Shown in pieces: positions 41,413 to 51,743 of a stretch of 64,000 nt of DNA (position 1 is the first letter of the stretch; each line of letters begins with the position of its first letter). This DNA is from Vicinamibacterales bacterium (GTDB lineage: Bacteria; Acidobacteriota; Vicinamibacteria; Vicinamibacterales; JAMQPK01): positions 899,209 through 963,208 of the forward strand of contig CAVVBP010000010.1 in assembly GCA_963746535.1 (NCBI GenBank), given 5' to 3'. The notes under the pieces are model-generated. The model did not search any database and had not been told where the DNA came from. It saw only the letters and a program-made list of their open reading frames with translations. The position numbers and the translations under genes were made by a program.

Positions 41413-42723
41413 CTACAGCGCGCCGACGCCGAACCACTCGGCGGCCGCAGATCGCTCCCTGATGATCGTGTCGTTGCGACCCGATCCGGTTGACACGATC
41501 GACACCGGCACGCCGCTCACTTCTTCGAGAAATGCGACGTATCGCTGCGCTTCGCGCGGCAGATCGTCGAAGCGCGTCACACCGGAGCTGGGACGTCCCC
41601 AGCCTGGAAGCCTCTCGTACACCGGCTCGCAGTTCGCGAGCACATGGAGATCGGCCGGCCACTCGGTCAGGACCTGACCCTCGTACTTGTAGCCGGTGCA
41701 CACCTGGATGTCGTCGAGGCCGTCGAGGACATCGAGCTTGGTCAGGGCCACGCTGTCGAGGCCGTTGATGCGCGCGGCGTAGCGGGCCACCACGGCGTCG
41801 TACCAGCCGCAACGGCGCGGGCGGCCGGTGACCGATCCGAACTCTTTGCCGCTGTCGCGCAGCCGATCGCCGGCGGCCCCGGTCAACTCGGTCGGCATCG
41901 GCCCTTCGCCCACGCGCGTGGCGTACGCCTTCACGACCCCCAGTACGCCGTGAATCATCTTCGGGCTCACGCCGAGCCCGGTGCAGACGCCTCCAATCGT
42001 CGAATTCGAGGACGTCACGAAGGGATACGTGCCATGGTCGATGTCGAGCAGGGTGCCCTGAGCGCCTTCAAAAAGGATGGCGCGTCCCGCGGCGCTCGTT
42101 TTGGCTAGAAACAGCGAAATATCGGTCACCCAGGGCTTCATCCGCTCACCATAGGCGAGCATCTGATCGAACAAGGGCCGCCAGTCGAGCTGTGATTCCT
42201 TGATCAGGCGGTTGCGGGCCTGCACGTTCTCGCGAATCTCCTGCTCGAGGCCCGCACGATCGAACAGGTCGCGCACGCGGATCCCACGCCGGCCGATCTT
42301 GTCTTCGTAGGCCGGCCCGATTCCGCGCGACGTCGTGCCGATCTTGCGCTCGCCGCGCCGGGCTTCGGACAACAGGTCGAGCTCGCGGTGATACGGAAGG
42401 ATCAGATGGGCGCGCTCGCTGACGAGCAGACGGCCGCTGACGTCGTACCCCAGGGTCGCCAGCTCGTCGATCTCCGTGAAGAGGGCCTGCGGATCGACGA
42501 CGACGCCGTTGCCGATGGCGCAGGTGACGTGGGAATGGAGAATCCCCGACGGCAGAAGCCGGAGGATGATCTTCTTCGTGTCGACGTATACCGTGTGGCC
42601 GGCGTTATGCCCGCCCTGATAGCGCGCCACGACGGCAAAGCGCGGTGTCAACAGATCCACGACCTTGCCCTTGCCCTCGTCACCCCACTGCGCACCGAGT
42701 ACTGCGATGTTCATGGCCGACAC
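41413..42723 (-). CDS. purA: Adenylosuccinate synthetase
   Basis: ORF 41413..42723 with GAQWGDEGKGK, GGHNAGHT and TTSRGIGPAYEDK. Confidence 0.95.
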   Translation of the reverse strand: MSAMNIAVLGAQWGDEGKGKVVDLLTPRFAVVARYQGGHNAGHTVYVDTKKIILRLLPSGILHSHVTCAIGNGVVVDPQALFTEIDELATLGYDVSGRLLVSERAHLILPYHRELDLLSEARRGERKIGTTSRGIGPAYEDKIGRRGIRVRDLFDRAGLEQEIRENVQARNRLIKESQLDWRPLFDQMLAYGERMKPWVTDISLFLAKTSAAGRAILFEGAQGTLLDIDHGTYPFVTSSNSTIGGVCTGLGVSPKMIHGVLGVVKAYATRVGEGPMPTELTGAAGDRLRDSGKEFGSVTGRPRRCGWYDAVVARYAARINGLDSVALTKLDVLDGLDDIQVCTGYKYEGQVLTEWPADLHVLANCEPVYERLPGWGRPSSGVTRFDDLPREAQRYVAFLEEVSGVPVSIVSTGSGRNDTIIRERSAAAEWFGVGAL

Positions 42724-42831
42724 ATTCTACATTGTTGTGTGTTTTCCCTGAGAATTCCAACAATGAACATCCCGAGAAGTTCAATTGACGTTACACGGGA
42801 CTTGTCAAACAAATTTTTTTTAATTTTCAAA

Positions 42832-42860
42832 TTGACAACGCAGGCGCGCGGTCTTAACTT
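42832..42860 (+). promoter_or_regulatory. Candidate sigma70 promoter in the AT-rich purA/ATPase divergent region
   Basis: TTGACA, a 17-nt spacer, then TAACTT, preceded by an A/T run (AAATTTTTTTTAATTTTCAAA) resembling an UP element. Confidence 0.35.
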
Positions 42861-42895
42861 CTGTCTTTCTTTTTCGCGAACGCCTTCACGCATCT

Positions 42896-44080
42896 GTGCC
42901 CACACACGAATCACTCACGGCGTCCAGACCTTCACTCGAACGGCGCATCCTCGCCGGGTTAGATGCGTCACCATCGCGCATCCCGGTCGTGCTCGGCGAC
43001 TTCCGTACGGGACGGACGCAACTGCTCTACCGGCTGCGCGACCGCATCGGACGGACGCAGTGCCAGCACATCGATCTCGAACGATCGGCGACGACACCCG
43101 AGCGCTTCTACAACGCGATTGTCAACGCGTCGCCGTTCAAGGTGCCGGCGCACGTGCAGCCGGCGTCCGCGCGTGAAGCGTTCGACGCCGCGCTCGTCTT
43201 TTTCGATCAGGCGCGTTCCGCGGGCGGCAACGAACCCGCGACGTTCCTCTTCGACGAAGTGCTCGAGCTGCGCACCTTCGAGAGTTTCCCGGGTCTGCGG
43301 ACGGCATTGCGGGAACTGCTCAAGACGCTGGCCACCAGCCCGAACCGTTTCGTGCTGACGACGCGCTATATCTCACGGGCTCATAGACATCTCAGGGATG
43401 CGACGGCCCGGTTCGAGGTCATCCACGTGCCGCCCCTCGCCCTGGCGGAGGTCCGCGACCTGATGCTGTCGCTCGACGGCGGTCGATCGCTGTTCGGTGA
43501 CGAGGTCGGCGCCGACTCGCTGGCGCGCGCGGTTCACACGTTGTCGGACGGCCGCGTCGGATACGCGCGGGCGATCGGCGACGCGCTGAACCACATGGTC
43601 GACGCGCAGGGCGTCGGCGACCCGGTCAGCGCGCTCACATCGCTCTTGTCGCCCGACGGCCGGCTCGCGGCCGCGTGCGCCTCGAGCTACGAGCTGCGCC
43701 TGCATCGGGCGCGCGGCTATGGCGCGCTGAAAGCGATTCTTGAAATCCTCGCGCTGGAAGAGCCGCTGACCCTCACCGAAGTCGCGCACCGTCTCAAGCG
43801 GACGCCCGGTTCGACCAAGGACTACCTGTCGTGGCTCGAGGATGTCGACCTCATCGTGTCGCAACGCAAACGCTACAGCTTCAGCGATCCCCTGCTTCGG
43901 GTGTGGGTCAGGCTCTACTGCCGGCCGTCGTGCCCGTCGGATGAAGAGGTGGCTCGCGAAGTGCAATCCTACGCGCTGAGCCGGCTGCCGCAGCAGGAGC
44001 CCGCGATGGTCGTCGCCGGCGGCGGCGAGAGCGACGGCGACGAAGACCGGAAGCCCTGGGGCATCATCGAGATAGATTGA
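42896..44080 (+). CDS. Arch_ATPase/DUF234-like ATP-binding protein with an atypical Walker A
   Basis: ORF 42896..44080 (GTG start). GDFRTGRT replaces the GxxxxGKT motif. Walker B-like FLFDEV. C-terminal winged-helix-like segment (LTLTEVAHRLKRTPGSTKDYLSWL). Confidence 0.55.
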   Translation: MPTHESLTASRPSLERRILAGLDASPSRIPVVLGDFRTGRTQLLYRLRDRIGRTQCQHIDLERSATTPERFYNAIVNASPFKVPAHVQPASAREAFDAALVFFDQARSAGGNEPATFLFDEVLELRTFESFPGLRTALRELLKTLATSPNRFVLTTRYISRAHRHLRDATARFEVIHVPPLALAEVRDLMLSLDGGRSLFGDEVGADSLARAVHTLSDGRVGYARAIGDALNHMVDAQGVGDPVSALTSLLSPDGRLAAACASSYELRLHRARGYGALKAILEILALEEPLTLTEVAHRLKRTPGSTKDYLSWLEDVDLIVSQRKRYSFSDPLLRVWVRLYCRPSCPSDEEVAREVQSYALSRLPQQEPAMVVAGGGESDGDEDRKPWGIIEID

Positions 44081-44084
44081 ATCT

Positions 44085-45035
44085 CTAGATTTCGGGCCTC
44101 ACGTTCAGCATCTCCAAGGCCAGCCGCGCGGCTTCCTGCTCTGCTTCCTTCTTGCTGCGGCCGGTCGCTTCGGCCATCGGTCTCCCGTCGATCCGCACCT
44201 GCACCTGAAACGTCTTGTGGTGATCGGGACCCACTTCACCGATGACGATGTACTCGGGCAGCGGGCCGCCCGTCGACTGCACCCGCTCCTGCAGCGCTGA
44301 CTTGAAATCATGGAAGGCAGCCGTGGGCGTTTGTGCCTCGTTGACGAGCTCCTCGAACTGCCGGGCGATGAACGTCGTGGCCTGTTCGATGCCGCCGTCC
44401 AGATAGATCGCGGCAATCAGCGCCTCGTAGCCGTCGGCGAGCAGCGCCTGCTTGCGGCGGCCGCCCGTTTTCTCCTCTCCTCGCCCCAGGAGCAGGTGTT
44501 CCCCCAGGTCGAGACGTTCCGCGAGCCTGGCGAGCGACGCGGTTGAGACGAGCGTCGCTTTCATCTTCGATTTCCACCCCTCGTCCTGGCTGGGAAACTG
44601 CCGGAACAGCAGGTCGGCAATCGCGAAGCCGAGCACCGCGTCGCCGAGAAACTCCAGCGACTCGTTGTCGAACACGCCGCCGCTGACGTCCTCGTTGGCG
44701 CGGGAGGTATGCGTCAGCGCGTGTTCGAGCAGGCCCTGATCGCGGAACGTATAGCCGGTGCGGCGCTCGAGCGCGGAGAACTCGCCGCGCAGCGGAATCA
44801 CGCGGCCGCCCGACTGGTCGATGCGATGGCTGTCGATCACCCGGCGGGCTTCGTCGGCCTCCTCGGGCCTCACGGAAATCCTGATTTCGGCGATCCCGGC
44901 GCCACCGACGGGAAATATCGATTGCGGCGCGTCCGACGACACCAGCGACTCGATGCCATGGCTCTCGAGCAGGCCCCGAACGACGCGCGCCTCGATGTCG
45001 GACGCGCTCCTGAACACGATCGTCAACTCATGCAT
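44085..45035 (-). CDS. rnc: Ribonuclease III with an about 85-aa N-terminal DUF2007-like extension
   Basis: In ORF 44085..45119 from ATG 45035. RNase III signature ALTHTSRANE..ESLEFLGDAVLG and a C-terminal dsRBD (FQVQVRIDGRPMAEATGRSKKEAEQEAA). Confidence 0.85.
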   Translation of the reverse strand: MHELTIVFRSASDIEARVVRGLLESHGIESLVSSDAPQSIFPVGGAGIAEIRISVRPEEADEARRVIDSHRIDQSGGRVIPLRGEFSALERRTGYTFRDQGLLEHALTHTSRANEDVSGGVFDNESLEFLGDAVLGFAIADLLFRQFPSQDEGWKSKMKATLVSTASLARLAERLDLGEHLLLGRGEEKTGGRRKQALLADGYEALIAAIYLDGGIEQATTFIARQFEELVNEAQTPTAAFHDFKSALQERVQSTGGPLPEYIVIGEVGPDHHKTFQVQVRIDGRPMAEATGRSKKEAEQEAARLALEMLNVRPEI

Positions 45036-46810
45036 TAGTCGACCTTCAGAATCATCATCGTGATGTCGTCGTGCTGCGGCTGCCCCTGTGCGAAGGCCAT
45101 CACGTTCTCCAGCACGCAATCTCGAATCGCCTCGGGAGAACGGTCGACGTTCGCTTCGAGGCAGGCCGCGAGGCGCTGCTCTCCGAAGCAGTCTCCGTCG
45201 CGATCCATCGCGTCGCTGATCCCGTCGGTGAAAAAGAAGAAGAGGTCGCCTGGGGCCATTGGCAGGGTCAGCTCTTCCAGGAAGCGTTCAAACCGTACTC
45301 CGCCGTCGAGATTCAGGCCCAGCACCATGCCGTCGGGCGCGATGATTTCGGCGCGCCGCGAGAGGCCGCCGTTCGAAGCAATCCTGATGAACGGCGTGTG
45401 GCCGGCGCGGGCGCAGGTCAACGTGCGCGCAACCGGATCCACGACCGCATAGGTCATCGTGATGAAGCTGCGGCTGTCGAGATGACGCGAAATAATGCGG
45501 TTCGCTTCGATGAGCAGCGCGCGCGGGGAGGTATAGATGCGGGTCAGCGACAGCATCAAACCCTTCAATTCCGCCATGTACAGCGCCGCCGACGTGCCCT
45601 TGCCCGCGACATCGGCGATGAGCAGCCCGACGCGCCCGTCGGGAAGCGGCAGAAAGTCATAGTAATCGCCGCCGACCTCCTTCGCCGGCGCGCACAACCC
45701 CACCACGCTCATGCCCGGCGCTTCGAACGTGCCGTGCGGCAGCAGCGACATCTGGATGTCGCGCGCAATGCGCAGCTCCTGTTCGAGCCGCCGCTTCTCA
45801 TCCTGCTCGGCGAGCAGATGGTGGATGCGGCCGGTCATGTCGTTGAACGAGGCGGCGAGCGTGCCGAGCTGATCGTCGGATCGGACGGCGATGCGATGCT
45901 CGAAGTCGCCGCTCTTGACGCGCTCGGTACCGTCGAAGAGCTCGTCGACCGACGAGGTGATGGTTCGGGCCAGCGCGAGACCGTTGCCGAGCGCCACGAC
46001 TTCGATGACGAGCAGCAGTACACCGATGCCGACCAGCACGATGAGCAGCCCCTGCTGAATGCCGACGGGCGCGCCATCACGAGGCCTGCCGAGCCAGTTG
46101 TAGAGCGTGGCGACCTCGACGCTCATCCCGATCGTCGTGCGCTCGGATCTCCCCGTTTCCCAATCCACATACGTCAGGAACGTCGCGGTGTTGAAGAGCG
46201 ATCGCGGCCGCGATTCGCCGAGCATGATGCCCGATACGGCCAGCGCACCTTCGTCCAGCGCCTCGTCCAGCGGCAGATCGATGACGACCGCATACCGCGA
46301 CCGTCGATCGTTTGGCAGCGCGACCGCTCTGGCGACGGTGGCTTTCTGGATCAGCCCGGAGAAATTGTGGCCGCCCATCCAGGCCGGGAGCGTCTCCGCC
46401 GGAACGACCTCGAGCGACACGCCCGGATACCGTGTGGAAATCGCCAACTGGCGGCGCTGAATGATGCCGGCGCGCGCGTCCGGTTCCGATCGTTCGATTT
46501 CGAACAGCGTCGTCCGTCCGAAGACGGCCGCCTGCTCGACGAGGCGATCCACGCGTTCGTGGATCAGATAGGAGCTGACGTCGAAGAACACGAGGAGAAA
46601 CGCCAGCAGCGAAAAGGTCACGAGCAGCAGGATTGGCACCGCGCCGACGAGCACGTATGAGAGGATCAGCTTTCGGCTGACCCGCCACAACAGGCCCGAG
46701 CGGGCGAGCCGCGTGACGCGATAGACCGAGATGGCGACGAGAACGAGCAGCGCGAAATTGACCGTGCGATCGAGCGTCACCTGCCCGGGTGCGGCCAGCC
46801 AGACCAGCAC
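45035..46810 (-). CDS. Membrane sensor PP2C (SpoIIE/RsbU-type) Ser/Thr phosphatase with HAMP domain
   Basis: ORF 45035..46810. N-terminal TMs, an extracytoplasmic segment, a second TM plus HAMP, then a PP2C domain (GDYYDF, ADVAGKG, TDGISDA). Its stop overlaps the rnc start (TAATG). Confidence 0.8.
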   Translation of the reverse strand: MLVWLAAPGQVTLDRTVNFALLVLVAISVYRVTRLARSGLLWRVSRKLILSYVLVGAVPILLLVTFSLLAFLLVFFDVSSYLIHERVDRLVEQAAVFGRTTLFEIERSEPDARAGIIQRRQLAISTRYPGVSLEVVPAETLPAWMGGHNFSGLIQKATVARAVALPNDRRSRYAVVIDLPLDEALDEGALAVSGIMLGESRPRSLFNTATFLTYVDWETGRSERTTIGMSVEVATLYNWLGRPRDGAPVGIQQGLLIVLVGIGVLLLVIEVVALGNGLALARTITSSVDELFDGTERVKSGDFEHRIAVRSDDQLGTLAASFNDMTGRIHHLLAEQDEKRRLEQELRIARDIQMSLLPHGTFEAPGMSVVGLCAPAKEVGGDYYDFLPLPDGRVGLLIADVAGKGTSAALYMAELKGLMLSLTRIYTSPRALLIEANRIISRHLDSRSFITMTYAVVDPVARTLTCARAGHTPFIRIASNGGLSRRAEIIAPDGMVLGLNLDGGVRFERFLEELTLPMAPGDLFFFFTDGISDAMDRDGDCFGEQRLAACLEANVDRSPEAIRDCVLENVMAFAQGQPQHDDITMMILKVD

Positions 46811-46859
46811 TTTGAGCAGAATCGCGGCGATCCAGAGGGCAGGAATGGCGCGAATGATA

Positions 46860-47183
46860 TCACCCGGCGGTGGACTCTCGAATCCAGCTCAGGTAGGCGT
46901 CGCTGCCATCGAGAATCGGCAGGACGATGAACTCGGGAACTTCGTAGTCGTGCAGCTCGAACAGACGCGCCTTCAGCGCGGGCACGCGCGTCTTCGTGGT
47001 CTTCATGATGAGCTGCCGTTCCTGTTCGGCCTCCACCTCGCCCTTCCACCGGTAGACCGACTCCATCAGGGCGAGCACGTTGACGCAAGCGGCCAGGCGT
47101 TCGCTGACGAGCATCGACGCCAGCTTGTGGCCGTCGGTCATCCGCGAGATGGTCGTCCAGACGACCACGCAGTCGTTTTCCAT
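46860..47183 (-). CDS. cutA: Divalent-cation tolerance protein CutA
   Basis: ORF 46860..47183 with LAACVNVL..SVYRWKGEVE..E. Confidence 0.8.
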   Translation of the reverse strand: MENDCVVVWTTISRMTDGHKLASMLVSERLAACVNVLALMESVYRWKGEVEAEQERQLIMKTTKTRVPALKARLFELHDYEVPEFIVLPILDGSDAYLSWIRESTAG

Positions 47184-47256
47184 CGCGTCCCCCTAATTAC
47201 TCCTTGTACTTCCGCCGAAAATGCTGTACTAAGTTAGGGACTTTACTACACAAGAA

Positions 47257-47601
47257 ATGGCGACCCCGCGGCTTCCATCCACCCAGGCTGTCCAACGCGC
47301 GCAACGGCGCGGACAGCGCATTCTCGCCGGCCTGTTCTTCTTCGTGGTCTGCGTCCTGGGCGTCGATGCGCTGGTCGGCGATCAGGGGCTCATGGCCACC
47401 ATCCGGGCGCGCAAACAGTATGATGATCTGGCCGCCGACCTCGCGCGGCTGCGATCCGAGAACGCGGCGCTGCGCGAAGAGGCACGCCGGCTGCGCGAAG
47501 ACCCGGCCGCGATTGAGGAAATCGCGCGGCGCGAGCTCGGCCTCATGAGCCCCGGAGAGAAATTGTTCATCATTCGCGATACCGACCCCTCCGCCAAGTA
47601 A
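47257..47601 (+). CDS. ftsB: Septum formation initiator (FtsB/DivIC family)
   Basis: ORF 47257..47601. One TM, a coiled coil, and EEIARRELGLMSPGEKLF. Confidence 0.75.
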   Translation: MATPRLPSTQAVQRAQRRGQRILAGLFFFVVCVLGVDALVGDQGLMATIRARKQYDDLAADLARLRSENAALREEARRLREDPAAIEEIARRELGLMSPGEKLFIIRDTDPSAK

Positions 47602-47612
47602 GCCGCCGCCGC

Positions 47613-48257
47613 ATGTCGCAGCTCATCGATTTTGTCCTTCACTTCGATCGACATCTGCTCGAGTTCGTCCAGCAATACGGGACCTGGGTCTACGGCATCC
47701 TGTTCGCGATCGTCTTCGCCGAAACCGGCCTGGTCGTCACACCGTTCCTGCCCGGTGATTCGCTGCTCTTCGCGGTTGGCGCGCTCAGCGCCACGGGCGT
47801 GCTGAATCCATGGCTGTGCTACGTGCTGCTCATCGGGGCCGCGGTGCTGGGTGACGGCGTGAACTATTCGATCGGCCGCCGCATCGGCCCCCGGCTCCTG
47901 GGCCGCGGCGACGGACCGGCCTTTTCGCACCGGCTGATCAATCCCGAGCACGTGAAGCGCGCGCACGAGTTCTTCGAGCAGCATGGCGGAAAGGCGGTCG
48001 TGCTCGCCCGATTCGTGCCCATCGTGCGCACCTTCCTGCCCTTCGTGGCGGGTGCCGCCGAGATGAACGCGGGCTCGTTCCTCTTCTACAACATCACCGG
48101 CGGCATCGGCTGGGTCACGATCTGCATGGGGGCCGGGTTCCTGTTCGGCAACGTGCCGATCATCAAGGAGAACTTCACGCTGGTGACCATCGGGATCGTG
48201 TTCGTCTCAATCCTGCCGATGGTGTTCGAGGTCCTCAAGCACAGACGCCGGGTCTGA
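47613..48257 (+). CDS. dedA: DedA family membrane protein
   Basis: ORF 47613..48257 with FAETGLVVTPFLPGDSLLF and ARFVPIVRTF. Confidence 0.8.
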   Translation: MSQLIDFVLHFDRHLLEFVQQYGTWVYGILFAIVFAETGLVVTPFLPGDSLLFAVGALSATGVLNPWLCYVLLIGAAVLGDGVNYSIGRRIGPRLLGRGDGPAFSHRLINPEHVKRAHEFFEQHGGKAVVLARFVPIVRTFLPFVAGAAEMNAGSFLFYNITGGIGWVTICMGAGFLFGNVPIIKENFTLVTIGIVFVSILPMVFEVLKHRRRV

Positions 48258-48302
48258 AGAGCGAGACCCGGCCTGCGGCATTGCCACATGCCTGTTTCTG
48301 AA

Positions 48303-49029
48303 TCACTCGCCCAGGTAGGCCTCGCGCACGCGCGGATCGCTCGCCATCTCTGCCGCGGTGCCCTCGAAGATCACGGCTCCGGTCTCGAGCACGTAGCCGC
48401 GATCGGAGTGCTTCAGCGCGGCGTTGGCGTTCTGCTCGACGAGCAGCACCGTCGTGCCCTCGGCTTTGATCTCGTCGATGGTGCTGAAAATGGTCTGGCA
48501 GACGATGGGCGCCAGCCCGAGCGACGGTTCGTCGAGCAGCAGCAGCTTGGGGTGGGACATCAGCGCGCGGGCGATCGCGAGCATCTGCTGCTCGCCTCCC
48601 GAGAGCGTGCCCGCGCGCTGCTTGATGCGTTCCTTGAGGCGCGGGAACAGCACGAACCCGCGTTCGAGATCGCGCTTGATGACCGCCTTGTCCTTCGTCA
48701 GGTAGGCGCCCATTTCGAGGTTCTCGAGCACGGTGAGGTTCGCGAACACGCCGCGGCCCTCGGGCGCCATCGAGATGCCGCGCGCGACCAGCTTGTGCGC
48801 GGCACTCCCGGTGATGTCCGTGCCGTCGAAGGTAATCCGGCCGCTCGTGGGCGCCAGCAGGCCGGTAATGGCGCGCAGGGTCGTCGACTTGCCGGCGCCG
48901 TTCGCGCCGATGCAGCGTCACGACCTCGCCGGCGCGGACCGTCAGCGAGACGTCGCGCAGCGCGTGAATCGCGCCGTAGAAGACGTTGACGTTCTCGAGC
49001 GCAAGCAGAACGCCGTCAGCCGCCGCCAA
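48303..49029 (-). CDS. livF: Branched-chain amino acid ABC transporter ATP-binding protein LivF-type (one +1 frameshift near 48915)
   Basis: ORF 48303..48770 ([22 protein letters not shown]) plus the N-terminus in ORF 48235..49029. Removing one inserted C restores [13 protein letters not shown]. Confidence 0.85.
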
Positions 49030-49778
49030 GGTACGCCTCGATGACCTTCGGGTTCTTCTGAATCTCGGCGGGTGTGCCGATGGCGATCGCCTCGCCGTAG
49101 TCGATGACCTGAATGGTCTCGCAGATGCCCATCACGACCTTCATGTTGTGCTCGACGAGCAGGATCGTCAGCTTCGAATTCGTCGCGCAGCCAGCGGATC
49201 AGGCGCATGAGCTCGAGCGATTCCTGCGGGATTCATCCCGGCCGCCGGCTCGTCGAGCAGCAGCAGCTTCGGTTCGGTCGCGAGCGCGCGCGCAATTTCC
49301 AGCCGCCGCTGGCTGCCGTACGGCAGGCTCGTCGCGGGCTCGTCGGCGAACCGCTCGAGATCGAAGATCTTCAGCAGCTCCATCGCCCGGTCGTGCGTCT
49401 CGCGCTCTTCGCGGTGATGCCGGCCGGTGCCGAGCACGGCGTCGGCGCAGCATCTGGCGGCTCCGCAGGTGATGCGCCGTCATCACGTTCTCGAGCACGG
49501 TCATGTCGGCGAACAGCCGGATGTTCTGAAACGTGCGCGCGATGCCGAGCTCGCGTAATCTCGTACGGCTTCTTCTCCGTCGATGCGCGTGCCGTCGAAT
49601 TCGAATCTCGCCCTCGGTCGGGCGATAGACGCCCGTCAGCAGGTTGAACACGGTCGTCTTGCCGGCGCCATTCGGGCCGATGAGGCCGTACAAGGCGCCG
49701 CGCGGCACCGTCATTGTCAGCGATCTTGACGGCCGTCAGGCCGCCGAAGCGCATCGTGACGTCGCGCGCCTGACGAGC
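49016..49778 (-). pseudogene. livG: ABC transporter ATP-binding protein LivG-type, several frameshifts as assembled
   Basis: Fragments: MRFGGLTAV (ORF 49371..49754), GLIGPNGAGKTTVFN (49199..49714), [33 protein letters not shown] (49168..49437), and the 3' end in 48942..49208. Confidence 0.8.
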
Positions 49779-49791
49779 ATCGGCGCGTGGT

Positions 49792-50832
49792 ACTCAAGCG
49801 CGGCTCCGTCCGCTCGACGCCGGACGGCAGTCCGGCGCCGCAGCCAGCCCAGCAGAACTCGCGACGCCCGAGCAGTCCCTGCGGCCGGAAGATCATCAGC
49901 AGGATGAGCAGCAGCGCGTACATCACCATCCGCAGGCCGGGAAACTGCTGATCGAAGGTCCGCAGCGCTTCGGGCAGGATGGTCAGGTCGTCGCGCCGAG
50001 CACGGCGCCGGTGATCGAGCCGATGCCGCCGAGCACGATCATGACGATGACTTCGATCGATTTCACGAAGTTCAGGTTCTGCGGGTTCAGCGGATTCGCG
50101 AACAGCTGGCCCGACAGCCCGCCCGCCACGCCGGCCAGCGCCGCGCTGATGACAAACGCCATCACCTTGTAGCGGGTGGTGTTGATGCCCATGGCCTCGG
50201 CGGCAATCTCGTCGCCGCGAATCGGCAGACAGCGCGCGCCCGAACGTCGACATGGCGATGTTGCGCACGATGACGATCGTCATGATCGCCATCGCGAAGA
50301 TCCAGAAGAAGTTCGTGATGGGGATGGCGTCGGTGAACCCGGTCGCGCCGCCCACGGCCGGAATGTTCAGGATGATGACGCGGATGATCTCGCCGAATCC
50401 CAGCGTGACGATGGCCAGGTAGTCGCCCTTCAGGCGAAGCGAGGGAATACCGACCAGCAGGCCGGCCGCGGCGGCGGCGAGCGGCGCCAGCCAGCAGGCT
50501 CGGAATCATCACGATCGACCCGCCGAGCGGATCGCCGAGCGTGCTGCCGGCCAGCGCCGCGATCGCCCGGCCGTGATAGACGGTCAGGTAGGTCGCCGTG
50601 TAGCCGCCGACCGCCATGAACCCGGCGTGCCCGATCGAGAACTGCCCGGCCAGGCCGTTGATCAGGTTCAGGCTCACGGCCAGCGTGATGTTGATGCCGA
50701 TGAGATTGATGATGCGCGCGTAGTATGGATTGATCTGAAAGTCGCCGAACCCGTATTCGAAGATGTAGTTCAGCGCGGCGAGCACCGGCCAGGGTGCCGG
50801 CGATGACGAGCGATCTTTCTGGCCAGGCTCAT
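49792..50832 (-). pseudogene. livM: ABC transporter permease LivM-type, many frameshifts as assembled; 3' end uncertain
   Basis: Fragments: NLIGINITLAVSLNLINGLAGQFSIGHAGFMAVGGY (ORF 50162..50983), MGINTTRYKVMAFVISAALAGVAGGL (49983..50192), ALLLILLMIFRPQGLLGRRE (49717..50355). Confidence 0.75.
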
Positions 50833-50838
50833 GCGCCG

Positions 50839-51743
50839 CTAGACCTTTTCGGTGACCGACGTCCCGAGAATGCCGGCCGGCCGGAACAGCAGAATCAGGA
50901 TGAGCACCGCAAATGCCATCGCGTCGCGATAGGTGGAATACGCCGTCGCGCGAGATCCAGGTCTCCATCAGCCCGATCAGCATGCCGCCCGAGCATCGCG
51001 CCCGGAATGTTGCCGATGCCGCCCAGCACGGCCGCGACGAATGCCTTCAGCCCCGTCATCAGCCCCATCAGCGGATCGATGCGCGGAATCGAGAGCGCGA
51101 CCAGCACGCCCGCGACCGCCGCCAGCGCCGACCCGAGCGCGAAGGTGAAGGCAATCACGAAGTCGGTGTTGATGCCCATGAGCTGCGCCACCGACAGGTT
51201 GAACGACATCGCGCGCATCGCCTTCCCGATCTTCGTGCGGTGCACGATGAACTGCGAGGCCGAACATCAGCACGACGGCGACGACGATGATCAGCAGGCT
51301 CTGATTGGTGATCTGCACGCCGCCGATCGTGTAGGTCTCGGATCGGATCATCTGCGGGAAGAACCGCGGCGTCGCCCCGAACACCACCTGCCCGCCGTAC
51401 TCGAGCAGCAGCGACACGCCGATGGCGGTGATGAGCGAGGTGAGCCGGGAATGATGCCGCACCGGGCCGGTACGCGAGCCGCTCGATCAGAATCCCGATG
51501 CCCGCGCAGATCGCCATGGCACCCATCGTGACGACAATGGCGCCGAGAATCGACGGGTTGGCGTCCATGTTCAGCGCGTTGGCGAGGTAAGTACCCGGCG
51601 AACGCGCCGAGCATGTAGACGTCGCCGTGCGCGAAGTTGATGAGCCGCAGCACGCCGTACACCATCGTGTACCCGAGCGCGATGAGTGCGTAGATGGCGC
51701 CGAGCGAGAGGCCGTTAATGAACTGTTGGAGGAAGGTATCCAC
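50839..51743 (-). pseudogene. livH: ABC transporter permease LivH-type, many frameshifts as assembled
   Basis: GTG 51743 gives [30 protein letters not shown] (ORF 51348..51875). Further fragments lie in 51155..51568, 50977..51462, 50895..51245 and 50162..50983. The terminus ...AGILGTSVTEKV* ends at 50839. Confidence 0.8.
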
